Below the pieces are notes generated by a model. The model worked only from the letters and a program-made list of their open reading frames with translations. It was not told the DNA's origin and ran no database searches. Both the position numbers and the translations under genes were made by a program. Of a stretch of DNA of 64,000 nt, positions 57,159 to 64,000 are shown one piece after another (the stretch's first letter is position 1; every line of letters begins with the position of its first letter). Source of the DNA: the human T2T-CHM13v2.0 reference genome, Homo sapiens; the NCBI RefSeq assembly GCF_009914755.1, contig NC_060947.1. The stretch is one strand, 5' to 3'.

Positions 57159-57212
57159 CTTATCAGGATATTGAGTCTATGACATACTTTGCTGACAAAA
57201 ACTTGAATAGGT
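57159..57212 (-). CDS. Candidate exon 1, PIQVFVSKVCHRLNILI
   Basis: Acceptor ctaatgaatttctag|, donor AAG|GTAACC, 54 nt, phase 2/2. Confidence 0.2.
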
Positions 57213-57249
57213 CTAGAAATTCATTAGCTGTCTTTGTTAAGTTGAAAAT

Positions 57250-58070
57250 ATTAGTGGTGATTTGTGAGACTTTGGTGCACCCATCACCCGAGCAGTGTAC
57301 CCTGTACCCAATGTGTAGTATTTTCTTCCTTGCCACCCCCCTACCCTTACCCCTAAGTCCCCAAAGTCCAATGTATCATTCTTATGCCTTTGTGTCCTTA
57401 TAGCCTAGCTCCCACATATGAGTTAGAACATACAATGTTTGGTTTTGCATTTCTGAGTAACTTTACTTAGAATAATAGTCTCCAATTCCATCCAGGTTGC
57501 TATGAATGCCATAATTTCATTCCTTTTTATGGCTGAGTAGTATTCCATGGTATATATACCACATTTTCTTTATCCACTCATTGACTGATGAGCATTTGGG
57601 CTGGTTCCATATTTTTGCAATTGCAAATTGTGTTGTTATAAACATGTGCGTGCAAGTATCTTTTTCGTATGATGACTTACTTTCCTCTGGGTAGATACCT
57701 AGTGGTGAGATTACTAGATCAAATGGCAGATCTACTTTTAGTTCTTTAAGGTATCTCCACACTGTTTCCATAGTGGTTGTACTAGTTTACATTCCCACCA
57801 ACAATGTAAAAGTGTCCCGTTTTCACCAAAAACACACCAACATCTATCATTTTTTGATTTTTTGATTATGACCATTCTTGCAGGAGTGAGGTGGTATTGC
57901 ATTGTGGCTCTGATTTGCTTTTCCCTGATAATTAGTGATGTTGAGCATTTCCCAATATGCTTGTTGGCCGTTTGTATATCTTCTTTTGAGAATTGTCTAT
58001 TCATGTCCTTAGCCAACTTTTTGATGGGATTGTTTGTTTTTTTTTTTCTTGCTGATTTGTTTGTGTTTCT
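57250..58070 (-). mobile_element. L1PB 3' segment
   Basis: gagactttggtgcacccatcacccgagcagtgtac..; ORFs 57517..57771 and 57738..58016(-) are L1 ORF2 C-terminal. Confidence 0.85.
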
Positions 58071-58254
58071 TATGGCTCAAAGGAAAAATATCAGTATATA
58101 TTTCAAACCTACATGGTCATAGTATCCCCTTTTTTGTATCTTTAAATAACTTACCACCTATTTGTATGTTGAGCCAAAAGCCGAACATAGCTCACTCAAA
58201 TCATCCTGTGTGTGTGTTACACCTATATACATATATATGAAAATATAAAAATAA

Positions 58255-60632
58255 TAGAGAAACTTCTGGTTCAAGATGGCTGACAGAATATATATATATG
58301 TGTATGTATATGTGTATATATATGTGTGTATATATATATATTTTTTCCTCTCCTCTTCTCCCCAAATCCCATTGAAATGACAATAAAAGTGTAAACATTT
58401 ATTTATATGTGTATATATATACACATAACATCGTATATTTAAACGTATATATCATATATAGATGATGTCCAATGGCAATGAATTAGAAATGAAATCAAAC
58501 AGAGCTGATAAACTTTTCCATATATGCAAAGAGCTGAGACCTCTAAAATATGGAGTTTCCCAAGATAGGCCACAGGAATACAGCTATACTGTTATCAGAG
58601 CCAGTGGAGGCTGGAAGAAGAAGGGTGACTTCGATATTTAAAGACAGATGGAACAGCTATGCTAGTCCCCTACGAGCCTGAAAGATTTAGGCACCTACCA
58701 CCCATGTAAAGCATGCACAGAAAGCCAAAACAACAATAAGTATTGTGTGTTCACTCTTTACTAATTACTGTCCTGAGCACTTTTATATTTTAACTCATTT
58801 TACACTTATAACATTCACATGTAATTGGTCACATTAATCTCATTTAAAGAGTGAAGTATCTAAATTGTAGTAGTTATTTGCCCAAGGTCATATGAAGGGT
58901 AAAAATGTCTGAGCCAGGATTCAATGTCAAGCAGCAATATCCAGAGTCTATACTCTTATTCAATATACTGTGCTGCCTCATCTCTCATACAATCAAATAT
59001 ATCACCTATCATAATAACTAAGAAAAGCTTCCTATTAAAAGAAAGTGAATAACAAGTTCTACTTCCAACTATTATGGAATAAATGTTATCAGATTTGCCA
59101 TACCCTGTAAACAGCTCTAAAACTGGACAAAATATATGAAGCAACTCTTTTAGGCATTATATACCAGGCAGAAGAGGACTACATTTTTTTTGAGAGAAGG
59201 GATTCTAATGAAATGAGCCCCAAGTTCAATTTGAATTTCTTATTGGGAGACCTTTTCTCATATGGCTTAAGTCAGTGGATTCCAATTGGAGCATTTGCCT
59301 TGAGGAATTGAAGAAACACGGAACAAAGTTAAACGCTGCTGAAAAAGTTGAAATTTGCTTGCAGAGTACTAAAAAAGAGGAAATTATGACATTCCAAAAT
59401 GGTCACAACTTAGCAGTAAAGACCAGACCCTAAAATAAGAGCAATGCCCTAGGACTATGGATAAAACTAATAGTCTTGCCCAAATAAAGAATAAAACCTA
59501 GAATTACAGGATAAAAAGAGCAGAAGGTAATTTAATTTCCTGACAAAAACAAAAGTTAAAAGCCTTTAATGGACGATGATATCATCTAGACATCTTAAAA
59601 ACTATCATTTACAATACAGTATTCCTTGATATCTCCTGGGAATTGATTCCAGGACCCCTGCAAATACCAAAACTCACAGATGCCCAAGTCCCTTTCATAA
59701 AATGACAGTACAGTCAGCGTCCCCATATCTGTGCATTCTACATCCACAGATTCAATCAACTGCAGATAAGTTTTGTTGGTTGAATCTGAAGATGTGGAAC
59801 CTGCAGATACAGAGGGCTGACAGTGTTGAGATATTGAAAATTTTTAAGTCATAAGAAGTATGATAAGATGGACTGTAATTTTAAAAATGGACTGAAATAA
59901 GCCTGAGTTACCAGATAAAAGTTTGAGTAACTATTATAAATATATTCAAAGAATTAAAAGGAAATGGATATAATTGGTAGCAGATATGTAATCTCAGAAA
60001 AATAGTAGAAATTACATAAAAGAAACACATAGGAATAATAGATATGGAAAGTATTATATCTTCAATGAAAAACTCACTGCATGGAATTAACAAGGACCAT
60101 AGACAATGAGAAGCCTCTGGCACCAGTTTCTACTGCAAACATTAAACTTAGCCAAACTTCTAGATTTATTAACCTAAAATCTCACATCAAAGACTTTTAT
60201 CTCAGTTTCGATTACATGAAATGTCAGGTCTGGCTTTGAAGAAAAAGGTCACAAGTCATTCTAAAAGGCAAGACAAAATACAATCTGAAGAAAGAAAGCA
60301 AACATCAGAATCAGATTCAGATATGATACATATTTCATTATTAACAGGCAATTCTAAATAATTATGATAAATATGTTAAGGGATCTAATAAAGTAAGTTG
60401 ACAACAAACAAGAACAGATTGAGAATGGAAGCAGAAAGAAGGAACTCTAAGAAAGAATCAAAAGGAAATGCTAGGAATTAAGAGTGCCTCTGACAGGCTC
60501 ATAAGTCAACTGAATACAACTGAGGGAATAATTAGAGAGCTAGAACATAAACAAATGACAGCATATCAGTATCAAATGTGAAGAGAAAAACACAAACAAC
60601 ACCACAGAATATTGAAGAACTCTGGGACAATT
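58255..60632 (+). mobile_element. Old L1M 5' UTR/ORF1 pieces (sense) with MIR and MER2 inserts
   Basis: L1-type 5' start acttctggttcaagatggctgac; ORF1-like aagaatcaaaaggaaatgctag..gaagaactctgggacaatta. Confidence 0.55.
59617..59824. mobile_element. MER2-type Tigger MITE
   Basis: cagtattccttgatatc..gattccaggacccc..ggttgaatc..gatgtggaacctgcagatacagagggctgac. Confidence 0.75.
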
Positions 60633-63070
60633 ATGTCTTCTTTTGAGAAATATCTGTTCAGGTCTTTTACACATTTTTAAATTATGTTATTTGCTTTCTT
60701 ACTATGTAGCTGTTTGAGATCCTTATATATTTTGGATATTAACCTCTTATCAATTTTATTATTTGCAAATATTTTCTCCTAATCCATAGGTTGTTTCTTC
60801 ACTCTGTTGTTTGTTTCCTTGGCTGTCAAAAGATGCTAATATCCTCTGTGGAGTAGGCTCCTGGGGATAATAGTGGTTCTAGCCATATGACTGATATCAA
60901 TAGTTTCCTCATTTCTTTGTTCCTAGGCAACTCCTGCAATCTCAGGAAGGCAGTCTCATCAGCAATCCTTTCTGGGTGGATAATCCCCATTGTTTTTTCT
61001 AGACTTTGTTGCTATAGATTCTTTAGTGGGGCTTCAAGCCTTCTCAGGGCTATTTCATTTTGTGAATAGCTCTATCTTGAGAGGTGGGAGGGTAGAGAAT
61101 GAAGGCTCCTATCTTCTACTCTGTCGCCTTGGTGATGTCACTCCTCTTCCTAAGTTTTGAAGGACAATTCTGCCATGTATCTAATTCTAGTTGACTGTTC
61201 TTTCTTTCAGCATTTTAATATATCCCTCTTCCTTCTGGACTACAAGATTTATACTGAGAAATACACTGAAAATCTTATTAAGAATCCCTTTTATGTAATG
61301 AGTTGCTTTTCCCTTGCTCCTTTCAAGATGTTCTATGTCTTTGGCTTTTGACAATTTGATTAGAATGTATCTTGTGTGGGTCCCTTTGGCTTTATCCTAC
61401 TTGGAGTTCATTGAGTTTCTTGTGTTTGTAGAGCCATATCTTTCATCAAATTTGGGGAGATTTTAAGACATTATTTCTTTAAATAATTTCTTCCCCTTTC
61501 TTTTTGTCTTCTTCTGAAACTCTCATAATGTATACATTGAGCTTCTCGATGACAACCCGTAACTTCCTTAAGTACTGTTTACTTTTCTTAACTCCTTTTC
61601 TCTTTTTGCTCCTCAGAACCAATAATTTTAAATTTCCTGTCTTCAATTACATTATTCTTTTTTCTTCTATCTATTTGATTCTGCTGTTGAATTCCTCTAG
61701 TGGATTTTTCAGCTCAGTTATTGTACTTTTTTGTTTGAGAATATCTGTTTAGTTCTTTTAAATAATTTATATGTCTTTGTCAATATTCTTATTTTGTTTA
61801 TATATTATTTTACTGAATTCCCCTAGTTATTTTTACATTGTGCATTATCCCTTCAAGTATAATTAAGACAATTGTTTTAAAATCTTTGTCTAGTAAATCC
61901 AATGCCTATGTTTCTTTATGGACTATTTACACCACACTACTTTCTTTTGTTGAATGGGCTCTGTTTGCCTGTTTCTGTGCATGCCTTGTGATTTGTTATT
62001 GTTGTATTGAAAATTGTACGTTTGAAAAAAATTACCACCTCTAAGGTTTATTCTAGGATATTAGGTCATGTCTTGAGTCTTGGTACCAGGCTGGAGGGAA
62101 AGCCTAAGGTCTTTTCAGGTCTTTTCTGGTTATGCATCTTTTTTTTAATCCCTGTGTGGATTTTTCAATTTTCCTATATATATGAATGCTTTCAAATGTC
62201 TTAATTTCTCAGGAGTATCACTTCATCTTCTCCTTGGAGCCTAAAATGTTCTATTGTATTCCTCTACCTGTAATCTCTTGCCTCAGACATGTGGGTCTGT
62301 AGTACAGTTCACATAAGCTGTGGTTGCTGTTTTTATGACTTTCCTTGCCTGAGATCCAAGATATGCTGTTTTTTTTTCCCATCTGAGCTCTGAGTCTTGG
62401 CTCAGGAGAAAGACACATGAGGTCCTGAGGCAGTTCCCAGACAGAGCAGAATATTGCTAATGTGTCCTGTGACCTCTGGTTTGAGGGAGGGAATTTGGAA
62501 CTGAATTGTTGCTTCCTTCTGACCAAACTGCCATGTGCCAGAAATGGCATGGAACAAGGGTAAGTAAAAATGCCAGCCAGGCAGGGTGGCTCATGCCTGC
62601 AATCCCGGCACTTTGGGAGGCCAAGATGGGGACACTGCTTGAGGCCAAGAGTTTGAAACAAGCCTGAGAAACATAGCAAGGCCCCCTTTAGACAAAAATA
62701 AGCAAAAAGTAGATGGGCATTGTGATGCATGCCTGTAGTCTGAGCTCCTCAGGAGGCAGAAACAGAGAATTACTTGAGCCCAGGAGTTTGAAGATGCAGT
62801 GAGCTATAATTGTGCCACTTCACTCCAGCCTAGGTGACAGAGTGAGTCCCCGTCTTTCTAAAAAACAAAAAGCCACAAAATGGTTCTGTTGTCTTGAATG
62901 TGGCTTTTTTATAATCAGGCATTTTTTTATTGCTGCTGATCTTTGACTATTTTCTAGAGCTTCAATAGAGATTTTAGTGAGTCTTTTTTTCGTTTGTTTT
63001 TTAATGTTTCAATGTGGGGGACTAAAGGCCTGGAGCTTCCTAGTCAGTTATCTTGCTGAAATCACACCCT
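60633..63070 (-). mobile_element. Mosaic of antisense L1M fragments (ORF2 piece, two 5' UTR/ORF1 ends)
   Basis: tgtcttcttttgagaaatatctgttcagg..; L1M 5'-end-like motifs cttggtgatgtcactc (~61143) and tatcttgctgaaatcac (~63066). Confidence 0.55.
62575..62870 (+). mobile_element. AluJ
   Basis: Diverged Alu with J diagnostics (cttgaggccaagagtttga..cttgagcccaggagtttgaagatgcagtgagctataat). Confidence 0.9.
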
Positions 63071-63281
63071 TCTACCTAATTTTTTAAATACTTATTCTCA
63101 GATTTTATTTTAAATATAAATGTGTAGTTTACAGTTGATAAATTTAAAAGTATGAAGTATCAGTAAAGATAGATGATAAAATACTACAAATAGAAAGAAG
63201 ACATGGCAATATGAATAAATAAAGTATAAAAAAGGTGAAAATTGTGTTCTCTAATTTGTAGTTTTTTGAAGGAAGAGCACC

Positions 63282-63318
63282 TGTGTGTGTGTGTGTGCGT
63301 GCGCATGTGCATGTGTGC
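63282..63318. repeat. (TG)n/(CG) alternating purine-pyrimidine tract
   Basis: tgtgtgtgtgtgtgtgcgtgcgcatgtgcatgtgtgc. Confidence 0.85.
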
Positions 63319-63473
63319 TTAAGAGAAAGAGAGAGAGATTTAGAGTGTATTATTTAGAGAAAATGTGCTGTTTGATGCTCTGGATACATTTTTCCCAGAG
63401 GTCAGCCCCACTACAGATTTTACATTGTTTGTTCACATGAGTTAATAAATTCCACATTCTTGCTTAATGTAGC

Positions 63474-63859
63474 TGTGTTAGTCCCTTTTGTGTTGCTATA
63501 AAGGAATACCTGAGACGTGGTTATTTATAAAGAAAAGTAGTTTATTTTGGCTCATGGTTCTGCAGGTTGTACAAGCATGACGCCTGCATCTGCTTTGCTT
63601 CTGGTGGGGACTCAGGAAGCTTTTACTCATGGTGGAAGGTGAAGGAGGGGCCAGTGTATCACATAGTGAGAGAGGAAGTAAGAGAGAGAAGGAGGTGCCA
63701 GGCTCTTTTAAACAACCTCTCACATGGACTAATATAGAGGGAAATTGTTCATCACCAAGGGGATGGCACCAAGCCTTTCACAGAGGATCTGCTCCTATGA
63801 CCCAAATATCTCCCCCCTAGGCCCCACCTCCAACATTGGGGACCACATCCAAACCATAA
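63474..63859 (-). mobile_element. MST (MSTA/MSTB) MaLR solo LTR
   Basis: tgtgttagtcc..gttgctataaaggaatacctgagac..ggccccacctccaacattgggga..catccaaaccataaca. Confidence 0.88.
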
Positions 63860-64000
63860 CACTAACTTAAATTGGTATGCAACTAGAGTCCTGACTAAGT
63901 ACACAAATTATAAACTGCCTAAGATAAATCTAACAACATTTGTGTAAGTTCTATATAAAGAAAACAGCTTTTCTTAAACACATGTAAGTGAGCTTGAATA

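Overview
This is AT-rich primate (human-like) nuclear DNA, mostly interspersed repeats. It holds about 22 Alu copies, many L1 fragments of widely different ages (one young L1PA2-type 3' end), L2/MIR/CR1 relics, a near-complete Tigger1, and about ten solo LTRs (MER39 x2, MER4A, MER4D-like, MER34-like, LTR1, LTR17/HERV-W, THE1, MST, MLT). The one clearly recognisable protein-derived sequence is a processed pseudogene of PPIH (cyclophilin H) at about 3251-4019. It has a poly(A) tail, a TSD and a 1-nt frameshift just after the ATG. The most unusual element is a solo HERV-W LTR17 whose U5 end carries an expanded 22-bp tandem array of perfect YY1 consensus sites. In the non-repeat islands between 31.9 and 57.2 kb, a chain of eight minus-strand exon candidates splices into one 269-codon frame. 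I do not recognise the product, so this is a hypothesis, not an annotation. I see no prokaryotic features, CRISPR arrays, tRNA or rRNA. Repeat family names come from recalled consensus sequences, and most boundaries without a TSD are approximate.
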